Notes under the pieces: model-generated | What the model was told of the DNA's origin: nothing | The model's input: only the letters and a program-made list of their open reading frames with translations | Database searches by the model: none | Shown: in pieces, positions 9,622 to 19,787 of the stretch | How positions within the stretch are numbered: the stretch's first letter is position 1 | Layout of the letters: every line of letters starts with the position of its first letter | NCBI GenBank assembly: GCA_963700295.1 | Contig: CAVOWY010000005.1 | Coordinates: forward strand, 17,405-81,404 | From: an uncultured Actinomycetes bacterium | GTDB lineage: Bacteria; Actinomycetota; Coriobacteriia; Anaerosomatales; Anaerosomataceae | Reading direction: 5' to 3' | DNA length: 64,000 bases | Program-made: the position numbers and the translations under genes

Positions 9622-11801
9622 CGTGCCTCATCCTCCGTCATGACCGACTCCACACGCGTGACGAATGCCTCGACATCGAATGGTTTGCTCACGCGCTCCG
9701 TCGCCAGTGCGAGCACGTCAGACCGTTCGCGATCGATCGGGTACGCGGACATGATGACCACGGGAATGTCCATGGTCTCCTCGCTTGTCTTGAGTTCCTC
9801 GAGGACCGCGTAGCCGTCCATGACCGGCATCCGCAGATCGAGCAGGATGGCGTCCGGCTTGGCGCGCTTGACGGCGGCCATCGCCTCGCGTCCGTCGTAG
9901 GCGCCCATCACCGTGTAACCGCGCTGCTTGAGTGTGTGACAGAGCAGGTCGACGATCTGCTTGTCATCGTCCACCACCAGGACCACGGGTGCAGCGATCG
10001 AACCCACGAGGCCGTCGATCACGCCGATCAGCCGGTCCTTGTCGATCGGCTTCTCGAGATAGCCGGCCGCGCCGCACCGTTCGCTCTTGCCCTCATCGCA
10101 GATGATCGACAGCACCACCACAGGGATGTCCCGAGTGGCGGCATCTCCCTTGAGCTTCTTGAGCAGCTGGAACCCGGCGCCCTCGTCGAGCATCACGTCG
10201 AGCGTGATCACCCGCGGCTCGAGCTCTACCGCATACTCCCACGCTTCGCCGGCCGTGAACGCCTTGACCACCTCGTAGCCGCGGCGCGACAGATAGGTGG
10301 CGATGAGATTCGCCACGTCTTCGGAGTTGTCGACCACGAGTACCCGACCGCCGGGGGAGCCGAGCGGGCCTTCGAGCGCAGGGGTCCGCACATGCTTGTC
10401 CGAAGCGAGCGGCAACTCGAACCAGAACGTGGAGCCCTCTCCCTCGGCGCTCTTCACACCCACGCGTCCGCCGAGGAGCTCGATGATGCTCTTGCAGATG
10501 GACAGACCCAGGCCGGTGCCGCCGATCTCGCGCGTGAGCGAGGAGTCGACGCGGTAGAACTTGGTGAAGAGCTTGCCCTGGTCCTCCGCTGCAATGCCGA
10601 TGCCCTGGTCGGTGATGCTCACTCGCACCATCTTGTCCTCCACGGAGGCACGTACGTGCACGTCGCCGCCTTCGGGTGAGTACTTGATGGCGTTGCTGAT
10701 GAAGTTGATGAGCACCTGGCCCACGCGATCGGGGTCTCCCGCAGCGAGCGGGAGGTCCTCCGGGACGTCGGCGTGGATCGTGCGTCCTAGCTGGTCGAGC
10801 ACGGCCCTGAACGTGTTGACGGCACCGGCTACACGCTCGGCCACATCGAGGGGCTGCACCTTGAGGACGATGCGGCCGCTCTCGATGCGGGAGATGTCCA
10901 GCATGTCGTTGATGAGGTCCACGAGCCGGTCGGAGTTCTCCTTGACGATGCCGAGGAACTCCTGCTGGATCTCGTTCACCTCGCCGGCCTCGCCGTCGAG
11001 GATGAGATCGATGTAGCCCTTGATCGATGTCAGCGGCGTGCGCAACTCGTGGCTCACGGTGGACACGAACTCGTTCTTCATCTGCGTCGCCTCGCGCTCG
11101 GCGGTGACGTCGCGGATGTTGGTTATGGCTCCAAGGTAGCTGCCATCGTCATCGAGCACCGGGTCCACCCGCACGTCCACGATGCGGTGCTCCGGCTCCT
11201 CCATGCGGACCTCGCGGAGCTGCGTGCCGGTCTCGCGCACCGTGCCCTCGGGATCCGCGGCCAGACGGAATACCTTCCATGTGTCCGTGACGAGACCCAC
11301 GAGCGCCTCCGCGCCGATGCCCAGGATGCGTTCCGCAGCCGGGTTCACGAAGGTGATGCGGTCCTCGGCGTCGAAGACCACGATCCCGTCGCTCGTGCTC
11401 GTGAGGATGGCTTCCGAACGCCGTCGCACGGCGGTGATCTCGGTGTTGTCCCTGATGGTGACGACCGCGCCCCACGCGATGCCGTCGACGTAGGGGGTCA
11501 CCGTGAAGGTGTAGTCGTTCCCGTTGAGCTCGCACTTGGAGACGACTGCGGCCTGCTGGTCGAGCGCCTCACGGAGCGCGGCATTGAGCCCACAGACGCC
11601 CAGCCCGTCGATCGGGGTGCCGACACACTCGTTCCGTACGACGCCGAGCATGGCCGAAGCGGCCTCGTTGATCATGCGGACCGTGCGATCGGGCGACACG
11701 GCGATCATGCCTTCGCTCGTGCCGGCCAACAGCGCCCTGATGTGCGAGTAGCTGCGCCGTTCGTTGCTGTCGGGCACCGAACACCACCTCCGTTTGGGCA
11801 T
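9618..11801 (-). CDS. Hybrid sensor histidine kinase: PAS domains, HisKA, HATPase_c and two C-terminal receiver domains
   Basis: HELRTPLTSIKGY (H-box), GGTGLGLSICKSI (G2), then two REC domains (VLVVDNSED.. and VLVVDDDKQ..). Confidence 0.85.
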   Translation of the reverse strand: MPKRRWCSVPDSNERRSYSHIRALLAGTSEGMIAVSPDRTVRMINEAASAMLGVVRNECVGTPIDGLGVCGLNAALREALDQQAAVVSKCELNGNDYTFTVTPYVDGIAWGAVVTIRDNTEITAVRRRSEAILTSTSDGIVVFDAEDRITFVNPAAERILGIGAEALVGLVTDTWKVFRLAADPEGTVRETGTQLREVRMEEPEHRIVDVRVDPVLDDDGSYLGAITNIRDVTAEREATQMKNEFVSTVSHELRTPLTSIKGYIDLILDGEAGEVNEIQQEFLGIVKENSDRLVDLINDMLDISRIESGRIVLKVQPLDVAERVAGAVNTFRAVLDQLGRTIHADVPEDLPLAAGDPDRVGQVLINFISNAIKYSPEGGDVHVRASVEDKMVRVSITDQGIGIAAEDQGKLFTKFYRVDSSLTREIGGTGLGLSICKSIIELLGGRVGVKSAEGEGSTFWFELPLASDKHVRTPALEGPLGSPGGRVLVVDNSEDVANLIATYLSRRGYEVVKAFTAGEAWEYAVELEPRVITLDVMLDEGAGFQLLKKLKGDAATRDIPVVVLSIICDEGKSERCGAAGYLEKPIDKDRLIGVIDGLVGSIAAPVVLVVDDDKQIVDLLCHTLKQRGYTVMGAYDGREAMAAVKRAKPDAILLDLRMPVMDGYAVLEELKTSEETMDIPVVIMSAYPIDRERSDVLALATERVSKPFDVEAFVTRVESVMTEDEAR

Positions 11802-11884
11802 ACCTCCACACGGGACTATTCGGGTTAGTCACCCTGAATCCTGCCGGTCGCTCGATCGTCCCCGCCCGGTCTGGAACGGGAAAC

Positions 11885-11910
11885 GGGAGCGGATCGGCGG
11901 TCCGCTCCCG
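11885..11910 (-). terminator. GC-rich hairpin (GGGAGCGGA-TCGGCGG-TCCGCTCCC) downstream of tRNA-Arg
   Basis: 9-bp perfect stem seen in the sequence, with only a weak T-tract. Confidence 0.3.
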
Positions 11911-11921
11911 TCATGTCCGTG

Positions 11922-11997
11922 TGGTGCCCCCTGCTGGAATCGAACCAGCGACACCAGGTTTAGGAAACCTGTGCTCTATCCCCTGAGCTAAGAGGGC
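11922..11997 (-). tRNA. tRNA-Arg (anticodon CCT), CCA encoded
   Basis: Manual cloverleaf: acceptor GCCCTCT/AGGGGGC, D-arm GCTC..GAGC, anticodon stem CAGGT/ACCTG with loop TTCCTAA, T-arm GCTGG TTCGATT CCAGC. Confidence 0.75.
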
Positions 11998-12108
11998 GCG
12001 TGGCGCTCGCTAATGGTACCCGACTCAGCACCGCGGCTCCACCTCGGCGTGCGTGCCTGCACGGGCGGGTATGAACCCGACAAGCGCGACACGAGGAGGC
12101 GCCGGGCA

Positions 12109-13110
12109 GTGGACCGACGCGAGTTCTGCCGCATCGCACTGGGCTGCACGGTCGTGGGCTGCGTCGGCGGCCTCGCGGGGTGCGCGCGCCTGCTCGAGTG
12201 GTCGGCGCAGGACACCGGCGAGGGCCGCAGCGCCGCAATGGCCGAGCGCCCCGACGTCGCAACCGAGACCGTGGAGGCCACCGCAGCACCCGAGCCCGTG
12301 CCGCCTCCGCCCGATCTTGCGGTCTTCCGGGGCGAGGACCCGGCCGCCAACACGCGAGCGGCCATCCTCGCCCTCGGTGGCATGGAGCGGTTCGTGAAGC
12401 CCGGCGCCCGCGTGGCGATCAAGCCCAACATCGTGACGGGGCGCGAGCCGCAGTACGCCACCAGCACGAATCCGGAGGCGCTCGCCGAGGTCGTGCGGAT
12501 GGCGCTCGAGGCGGGTGCGGCCGATGTGATCGTCTTCGACCGTCCCACGGGCGACCCGTATACCTGCTACCGGGTGAGCGGCATCCAGGCCGCGGTCGAG
12601 GCGGCGGGTGGCTCGATGAAGGTGCTGACCGACCGCAACTTCGAACGCATCGACATCCCGGGCGCACGCGCGCTTGCGTCGTGGCCGCTCGTGACAGACG
12701 TGTTCGAGGTCGACACCTTCATCAACATGCCGATCGCAAAGCACCACGGGATGGCCATCCTCACCATGGCGATGAAGAACCTCATGGGCATCATGGGCGG
12801 CGAGCGCGGCGAGATCCACCAGGAGTTCCAGCACAAGATCGTGGACCTCGCCACGATCGTGCAGCCGCACCTCGTGATTCTCGACGCGTATCGCATCATG
12901 GTGCGCAACGGCCCCACCGGCGGCTCGCTCGACGATGTCGAGACGCCCAAGACAGTCGTCGCCGGCACCAACATGCCGTCGGTGGACGCGTACGGGACCA
13001 CGCTGTTCGGCATGCAGCCCACCGACCTCGACTACCTGCGTAACGCCGCCGAGCGAGGCCTCGGCGTGATCGACCTGGCGGCGCTCGTCATCCACGAGGG
13101 GACGGCGTAG
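12109..13110 (+). CDS. DUF362-domain protein with a Tat signal peptide
   Basis: RBS GAGGAGG 9 nt upstream of GTG 12109. N-terminus MDRREFCRIALGCTVVGCVGGLAGCA is a twin-arginine signal. The rest matches DUF362-like sequence (IKPNIV..., AKHHGMAILTMAMKNLMG). The supplied ORF start at 12013 is probably too far upstream. Confidence 0.65.
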   Translation: MDRREFCRIALGCTVVGCVGGLAGCARLLEWSAQDTGEGRSAAMAERPDVATETVEATAAPEPVPPPPDLAVFRGEDPAANTRAAILALGGMERFVKPGARVAIKPNIVTGREPQYATSTNPEALAEVVRMALEAGAADVIVFDRPTGDPYTCYRVSGIQAAVEAAGGSMKVLTDRNFERIDIPGARALASWPLVTDVFEVDTFINMPIAKHHGMAILTMAMKNLMGIMGGERGEIHQEFQHKIVDLATIVQPHLVILDAYRIMVRNGPTGGSLDDVETPKTVVAGTNMPSVDAYGTTLFGMQPTDLDYLRNAAERGLGVIDLAALVIHEGTA

Positions 13111-14625
13111 ATGTCCGAGTCGTCCCGTCACGGCATCCACCGCGTTCGGCGGTACCTCCAGCTTGGCTTCCTGCTGCTGTTCGTCATGCTGCTCGCCTTC
13201 ACCGTGTGGCCGCTCGGCGACGTCTATCTCGGGGCGTTCCTCGTCGGTGACCCGCTCGTGGCGCTCAACTCGGCGGTCAACGGCGTGCTGCGGCCGGAGA
13301 TGTGGCTCGCTCTCGTGATGCTTACGGTTCCGCTGGTGCTCGGCCGTGCGTTCTGCGGCTACGTGTGCCCGATGGGCGCGATCATCGAATGGGCCTCGCC
13401 GAAGGAGCGGCGCCACGGCCTATCGGATGCCGGACGGGAGAAGTGGCGCCGGGTGCCCGTGTTCGTGCTGCTCGTCTCAGCCGGCATGCTGCTGTTCGCG
13501 AGCGGCGCCTATCTGGTGTTCGATCCGCTTGCCACGATCACCCGCACCGCAACCGCACTGCTCTTCCCGTTCATCGACCGCATGGTGCGGCTCGCGGGCG
13601 ACATCCTGTACCTGGTGCCGGCCTTCCGCGGGAGCGTGGATACGGCCACTACCGCACTCGCCGGTCGGATCATCTACGCCGCGCCGCGGGTGTACGGTCT
13701 GTCGATGGCCGTGCTCGGCATGCTGCTCGCGATGCTTGGCGTGAACCTCGTGGAACGGCGCTTCTGGTGCCGCTACTTGTGTCCGCTCGGCGCTCTGCTT
13801 GGACTCGTGGGTCGGTTCGGGATCCGCAACCGCGTGGTGGATGCGGACGCCTGCATCTCGTGCGGGGCGTGCGACCGCGTCTGTCCGCTCGACGCGGTAC
13901 GGGACGGCTACCATGCCACGGACACGTCCCGCTGCCAGCTGTGCATGGAGTGCGCGGAAGCCTGCCCGCCCGATGCGATATCGATCGGCATGCGGCCGAA
14001 GAAGTCGCTCTACCGGCCGTCACGGCGTGCGTTCGTGGGCGGCGCGGCGGCGGGGCTTCTCGCCGGCTTCTTCACCTTCACCGGGCTCTCGCGGCGCACG
14101 CCCGACCGCCACCTCGTGCGTCCGCCCGGTACGGGAGCCGAAGGCCGCACCCTCGCGCTCTGCACCCGGTGCGGCCAGTGCATGAAGGTGTGCCCAACCA
14201 ACGTCTTGCAGCCGTCGTTCTCCAAAGCGGGCCTCGAAGGCTTCTTCACGCCGGAGATGGACTACCGGGTGGGCAACTGCGACTGGGCGTGCGCCGAGTG
14301 CGGCAAGGTCTGTCCGACGGGCGCCATCGAGCCGCTCGAGCTGCCTGAGAAGCGCGAGACCATCATCGGCCGCGCCTACATCGACACCACTCGCTGCATC
14401 CCGTGGACCGACTACCGCAACTGCCTGGTGTGCCAGGAGCTGTGCCCAATACCGGACAAGGCCATCGTCTTCACCGAAGACGAGGTGACCACGCCCGAGG
14501 GCGAGCCTCTCGTGGTGAAGCGTCCGCATGTGGTCGTCGAGCGCTGCATCGGCTGTGGCGTCTGCGAGTTCCACTGCCCCGTGCCGAGGGAGTCGGCGAT
14601 ACGCGTACGTGGCAATACGGCGTGA
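13111..14625 (+). CDS. NapH/MauN-like membrane-bound polyferredoxin (4Fe-4S)
   Basis: TM helices with RAFCGYVCP and CRYLCPLGAL motifs, plus several CxxCxxCxxxCP ferredoxin clusters. ATG overlaps the upstream stop. Confidence 0.8.
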   Translation: MSESSRHGIHRVRRYLQLGFLLLFVMLLAFTVWPLGDVYLGAFLVGDPLVALNSAVNGVLRPEMWLALVMLTVPLVLGRAFCGYVCPMGAIIEWASPKERRHGLSDAGREKWRRVPVFVLLVSAGMLLFASGAYLVFDPLATITRTATALLFPFIDRMVRLAGDILYLVPAFRGSVDTATTALAGRIIYAAPRVYGLSMAVLGMLLAMLGVNLVERRFWCRYLCPLGALLGLVGRFGIRNRVVDADACISCGACDRVCPLDAVRDGYHATDTSRCQLCMECAEACPPDAISIGMRPKKSLYRPSRRAFVGGAAAGLLAGFFTFTGLSRRTPDRHLVRPPGTGAEGRTLALCTRCGQCMKVCPTNVLQPSFSKAGLEGFFTPEMDYRVGNCDWACAECGKVCPTGAIEPLELPEKRETIIGRAYIDTTRCIPWTDYRNCLVCQELCPIPDKAIVFTEDEVTTPEGEPLVVKRPHVVVERCIGCGVCEFHCPVPRESAIRVRGNTA

Positions 14626-14691
14626 GTTCCGCTGTAAGGGTGGCGCTCACATGCCGATATACTCGGACAGGGACCGACAATGGAGGTGCGT

Positions 14692-14922
14692 ATGAACCGC
14701 TATGACCTCGACTGCCGTGGGCAGAAGTGCCCGATGCCTCTCGTGAACCTGCAGAAGCGCATGAAGGAGATCGAGCCGGGCGACGAAGTGGACTTCGTGG
14801 CCGATGACTCGAGCTGCGTTCAGGACGTCCCGGCCTGGTGTGGCGTCACGGGTCACGAGCTCGTCTCGATCGAGAGCAAGGACGGCCTCATCACCGCGCT
14901 GCTGAGGCGCGGTCCACGCTAG
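14692..14922 (+). CDS. TusA-like sulfurtransferase / redox protein
   Basis: CPMP motif (LDCRGQKCPMPLV), ~76 aa, RBS GGAGGTG. Confidence 0.7.
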   Translation: MNRYDLDCRGQKCPMPLVNLQKRMKEIEPGDEVDFVADDSSCVQDVPAWCGVTGHELVSIESKDGLITALLRRGPR

Positions 14923-15062
14923 AAGCACCTCCCGGCCTCCGCGTGAGGGTGCGTCTCCGACACCGAGCACGTACAATGCACGATGCCGGACGCTAATGTC
15001 CGCGCGCGCGAGTCACGGAGAATCCCCTGCGCTTTCTGCGGACATCGGCTACGTTCCTCGCG

Positions 15063-16280
15063 GTGGTGCTCGTCACCACCGCGGTGACGCTTGCCGGTCT
15101 CAGTTGGTGGCCGCTCGTGCTCCCGCAGTACGCCATGGCCACGCCGGACGTGGTCACCTGGCCGGAGGCCTCGGCCGAGCGCGTGATCCCCAGACCGCCC
15201 GACCCGGTCGAACGCTTCACGATCGTGGCAGTGGGCGACCTGATGGCGCACCTCCCGCAGGTCTCGGCGGCCAAGACCCCATCGGGCTACGACTTCACGC
15301 CGTGCTTCGCTCCCGTGGCCTCCCGCGTGTCGGCGGCCGACCTGGCGATCGGCAACTTCGAGACCGTGATGGCAGGCGGCGGCTACACCGGGTATCCGGC
15401 CTTTAATACGCCGGACGAGTACGCGCAGGCGGCCGTGGGCGCGGGCTTCGACGTGCTGACAAACGCGAACAACCACGTGCTCGATCGAGGGACGAACGGA
15501 CTCACCCGCACGCTCGACGTCCTCGACGGGCTCGGCGCGCTCCACACCGGCGCGGCGCGGACCGCCGAAGAGGCCGACCGCATCCTCGTCGCCGACGTGC
15601 GCGGCGTGAAGATCGCCGTCATCGCTTACACCTACGGGATGAACGGGCTCTCGGCGCCCGAAGGCAAGTCGTGGATGGTGAACGTCATCAGCGAGCAGAA
15701 GATGGTCGCCGACGTGAAGGAGGCGCGCGCGCTGGGCGCCGATCTCGTGGTCGTGAGCATCCACAACGGGACCGAGTATCAGCGCCAGCCCTCGGCAGCG
15801 CAGGAGAAGCTCGAGCAGGCGATGGTGGACGCCGGCGCCGACGTGGTGCTCGGCAGTCACCCGCACGTGATCCAGCCGATGAAGACGGTGGAAGCGACTC
15901 GTGCCGACGGCACGCCGCGCACCGCGTTCATCATCCACTCCCTCGGCAACTTCGTGTCGAGCCAGCGCGACCGGTACCGCGACACGGGGCTGATCCTGCA
16001 GTTCGAGTTCGAGAAGAACCTCAAGACCGGCGTGACCACGCTGCTTGGGGTCTCCTACGTGCCGGTGTGGGTGGACGAGACCGACGCCACCGGCGCAGAG
16101 ACCCGCGTGCTCCCCATCGGCGACGTGCTGGCCGATCCGGCATACGCGGGCGTGAGCGCAGCCGAGCGGACGAAGGTGCAGCAGGCGTGGGACGACACCA
16201 CGGCGCACCTGGGGAGCCTCGAGACCACGCTCACCGACACCGCGGCGGTGCCGTTCTACCGCACGGCGGTCACGCAGTAG
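15063..16280 (+). CDS. CapA/PGA_cap-family metallophosphoesterase-like protein with an N-terminal TM/signal segment
   Basis: GDLMAH, NANNH, GSHPHVIQP motifs. Confidence 0.75.
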   Translation: MVLVTTAVTLAGLSWWPLVLPQYAMATPDVVTWPEASAERVIPRPPDPVERFTIVAVGDLMAHLPQVSAAKTPSGYDFTPCFAPVASRVSAADLAIGNFETVMAGGGYTGYPAFNTPDEYAQAAVGAGFDVLTNANNHVLDRGTNGLTRTLDVLDGLGALHTGAARTAEEADRILVADVRGVKIAVIAYTYGMNGLSAPEGKSWMVNVISEQKMVADVKEARALGADLVVVSIHNGTEYQRQPSAAQEKLEQAMVDAGADVVLGSHPHVIQPMKTVEATRADGTPRTAFIIHSLGNFVSSQRDRYRDTGLILQFEFEKNLKTGVTTLLGVSYVPVWVDETDATGAETRVLPIGDVLADPAYAGVSAAERTKVQQAWDDTTAHLGSLETTLTDTAAVPFYRTAVTQ

Positions 16281-16286
16281 GCGCCG

Positions 16287-17117
16287 CTAGCGCTCGCCGC
16301 CGCGATCGGGCTCGGGCCCGAAGCGGTTTCCGCGGTCGAGTGCGGCGATAGCCCCCATCTCCTCGGCGGTGAGCGAGAAGTCGAACACGTCGGCGTTCTC
16401 GGCCACGCGCCCGGCATGCACGGACTTGGGGATGGTCACGACCTCGAGCTGGAGCAGCCAGCGGATCGCCACCTGGGCCGGGGTCTTGTCGTGTGCCGCG
16501 CCGATCGCGATGAGCTCGGGCACCTCGGCCACGCGGCCCTTCATGAGCGGCGCCCACGCCTCCACGACGATGTCGTGCGCCTGGCAGTACGCGCGGAGCG
16601 TCGGCTGCTGCAGCCAGGGGTGGAACTCGTACTGGTCGACCATCGGCGCCACGTCGGCCACCGCGAGAAGCGCCTCGAGGTGGTGCTCGAGGTGGTTGCA
16701 GACGCCGATCGCGCGCGCCGCACCCTCGGCGTACAGGCGCTCGAGCGCGCGCCAGGTCTCGTGCGTCTGCGGGCGCGGCCAGTGCACCAGGTACAGATCG
16801 AGGTAGCTGGTGCCGAGGCGCTTCAGGCTGCGCTCGAACGCTTCGAGCGTCTCGTCGTAGCCCTGCTCGTCGTTCCACACCTTGCTCGCCAGGAAGATCT
16901 CGCCGCGCGGCACGCCGCTTGCGGCGATCGCAGACCCGATGCCCGCTTCGTTGCCGTAGAGCGACGCGGTGTCGATGCTGCGGTAACCGAGTGCGAGCGC
17001 GGTGGCGACCGAGCGCTCCACGTCGCCGCCCTCGGCGGACTTGTACGTGCCGAGGCCGAGGCGGGGCATCTCGATCCCGTTCGCGAGACGGATCGTGGCT
17101 GTCATGTTCTCGAGCAT
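16287..17117 (-). CDS. Aldo/keto reductase (2,5-diketo-D-gluconate reductase-like)
   Basis: LGLGTY, IDTASLYGNE, LVHWP, IPKS motifs. RBS GGAGGTG. Confidence 0.85.
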   Translation of the reverse strand: MLENMTATIRLANGIEMPRLGLGTYKSAEGGDVERSVATALALGYRSIDTASLYGNEAGIGSAIAASGVPRGEIFLASKVWNDEQGYDETLEAFERSLKRLGTSYLDLYLVHWPRPQTHETWRALERLYAEGAARAIGVCNHLEHHLEALLAVADVAPMVDQYEFHPWLQQPTLRAYCQAHDIVVEAWAPLMKGRVAEVPELIAIGAAHDKTPAQVAIRWLLQLEVVTIPKSVHAGRVAENADVFDFSLTAEEMGAIAALDRGNRFGPEPDRGGER

Positions 17118-17161
17118 CAGGCACCTCCTATGGGCATGATACCTGTGGGGAGGTGAGCGCG

Positions 17162-17788
17162 ATGTTCGACGATCGCGTCTCGGCGGGTCGGCACCTGGCG
17201 ACGGCCCTCGGGGGAAGCGTCCATACGGACTCGCTTGTCCTTGGCGTGCCGAGGGGAGGCGTGGTGGTCGCCGCCGAGGTGGCCCGGGTGCACTCGCTCG
17301 AGCTCGACGTCGTCGTGGTGCGCAAGATCGGCGCGCCGGGGAACCCCGAGTACGCGGTGGGAGCCGTGGACGAGGACGGACGAATCATCGGGGGGCACGA
17401 CCCGCTCGTGGAGCGCGACTACCTCGAGCGCGCGGCCGAGGCCGGTCGGGCCGAGATCGCCCGGCGCCTTGCGGCGTATCGCGGCAGCAGGCCGGCCCCG
17501 CGGATCGCCGGTCGCGAGGTGATCGTCATCGACGACGGCATCGCCACCGGGCTCACACTCGAGGCCGCGCTCGAGTCGCTCCGCCGTAGAGGCGTCCATC
17601 GGATCACGGTGGCAACGCCCGTGGCCGCCCCCGAAGCGGCGAATCGCATCACCGGCATCGCCGACGAACTCGTGGTGCTCGAGCTTCCACACGGTTTCTC
17701 GGCGGTGGGCCAGTTCTATCGCGACTTCGGCCAGACCACCGATGCCGAAGTGGTGGCCCTGCTCGAGGAAGCGTGGTCCCGAACGTGA
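17162..17788 (+). CDS. Phosphoribosyltransferase-domain protein
   Basis: PRPP-binding motif VIVIDDGIATGLT. Confidence 0.7.
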   Translation: MFDDRVSAGRHLATALGGSVHTDSLVLGVPRGGVVVAAEVARVHSLELDVVVVRKIGAPGNPEYAVGAVDEDGRIIGGHDPLVERDYLERAAEAGRAEIARRLAAYRGSRPAPRIAGREVIVIDDGIATGLTLEAALESLRRRGVHRITVATPVAAPEAANRITGIADELVVLELPHGFSAVGQFYRDFGQTTDAEVVALLEEAWSRT

Positions 17789-17844
17789 AGCGAGCCCGCC
17801 GGAGGGCGGGCTCTGCTTGAGTGCCGTTCGATCAAAGGCGAGCG

Positions 17845-19738
17845 CTATGGCACCTTGCCGACCTCGAGTTCGACCTGGTCGCCGCGCTTGGCAGATGCGC
17901 CGGCGATCGGGAACTGGTTGATGACGAAGCCGTCCTCGGGCGCATCCACGTAGACCACCTTGGGCACGAGCCCCGCGGCGGTGATGATCGAGCGCGCCTC
18001 GGCCTCGGGCTTGTCACGCACCTCGGGCACGATGATCACTTCGGGACCCTTGGAGACCGCGATCGTGACGGTGCTGCCGGCCTCCAGCACGACGTTGGGG
18101 CTCGGGGTTCTGCGATCATCACGGTGCCTTTGGCGACGGTGTCGCTGAACTCCTCGACCGCCGACACCACGAGTCCCACGCGCCTCGAGGGTGGACTTGG
18201 CCTGAGCCTGCGCCTGACCCACGACGTTGGGGACCTTCACTTGCTCGATGCCGGCCGACACGAACAGGATCACGCGCGTGCCCTTGGGCACCGGCGTGCC
18301 CGCAGCGGGCTCGGTGCGGATCACGAGACCCTTCGCGATGGCGGCGCTGTTCTCGTCGGTGGTCTTGTCGTACTCGAGATCGCCGGTGGAGCGGAGCGCC
18401 TCGATGGCAGTCGCTTCAGGCATGTTGGTGAGGTCGGGCACGGTCACCTGCGCGATGCCCATGCTCACGACGATGTTGACGGCCGCGCCCTCCTCGACCT
18501 CGGCCCCGGCCTCGGGGTCCTGCGAGATGATCAGGCCGAGTTCGACCGTGTCGCTGTTCTCGGTGGTGATCTCGCCGAGCGCGAGCCCCCCGGCTTCGAG
18601 TGTCGTCTTCGCCTGCTCCTCGGTGAGGCCGGAGAGCGCGGGCACGGTCACGCCGCCGCCGCCGCCGAAGCGCGCATAGGCGACGCCCAGACCGACGAGC
18701 AGCAGCACCGCGGCCGGACCGACCCACAGCCATGGGTTCGTGCGCCGTTGCGGTACGGGGCGCATCTGGGGGGCCACGGTCGGCCGCGTACTTGCGGACT
18801 GCTCGACCGGCGGCAGTACGCTCGTGTGGTCGGCACCGGCTGCTCCGCCGTACGCGCCGCCCACCGCCGCCTGGCCGGTTGCGACGCGCTTGAGGTCGTC
18901 GCGCATCTCGGCGGCCGAGGAGTAGCGGTCGGCGGGGTTCTTCCGCATCGACGCGCAGGATGACCGCCTCGAGTGCCGGAGGGATCGATCCGCGGAGTCT
19001 GCCGCGGCGGGATCGGCTCCTCGTTGACCTGCGCGAGCGCGGTTGCCACGGGTGTCTCGTGGTCGAACGGCAGCTTGCCGGTCACGAGCTCGTAGAGCGT
19101 CACGCCGAGCGAATAGAGGTCCGAGGCAGGGGTGAGGGGCTTGCCCTGCGCCTGCTCGGGGCTGATGTACTGTGCGGTGCCGAGCACTGAGTTGGTCTGC
19201 GTCATGGTGGTGTTGCCGGCGCGCGCGATGCCGAAGTCCATGACCTTGATCTGGCCGTCCGGGGTGAGCACGATGTTGTGCGGCTTGATGTCGCGGTGGA
19301 TCGACGTCGTAGCCGTGCGCCACCGAAAGCGCCGCGCACACCTGCTGCGCGTACTCGGCAGCCTTCTGCGGGTCGAGCGGGCCGCGTCCAACGAGCGACT
19401 TGAGGTCGGTGCCGTTCACGTACTCCATGACGATGTAGTACGTCTCGTCCTCACGACCCCAGTCGTACATGTTGACGATGTTGGGATGCGAGAGGTTGGC
19501 CGCGGCCTGCGCCTCCTGGCGGAACCGCGCGACGAAGTTGGGCTCCGAGCGCGTAGCGCGGGTGCAGCACCTTGACGGCGACGGTCCGGCCGAGGACGTC
19601 GTCCACGGCCTTGTAGACGTCGGCCATGCCGCCCGAGCCGATCTTCTCGGTGACGCGGTACCTGCGTCCGAATACCAGATCTTCCACGTCCGCCCTGCCC
19701 TCTCTCACCTGCGATGACACGCTCGCGCGCTGACCCAT
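17845..19738 (-). pseudogene. pknB: PknB-type Ser/Thr kinase with PASTA repeats, broken by at least 3-4 frameshifts
   Basis: Kinase subdomains lie in three different minus-strand frames (YRVTEKIGSGGMADVY.. / IHRDIKPHNIVL..DFGIA.. / MEYVNGTDL..). PASTA repeats are intact to the C-terminus and one stretch is off-frame. Confidence 0.75.
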
Positions 19739-19787
19739 TCTATCCCATGGCCGCCGGGGGCGTGCGCCTCCGGCGGCTCGACGCTGC

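Noticed and set aside
12025-13416. 463-aa minus-strand ORF antisense to the DUF362 gene, and similar long antisense ORFs (14919-16208, 33877-35871, 47336-49153, 55962-57368, 24873-area shadows)
   Set aside because: All are mirror frames of recognisable genes with low-complexity Arg/Ala/His/Asp composition.
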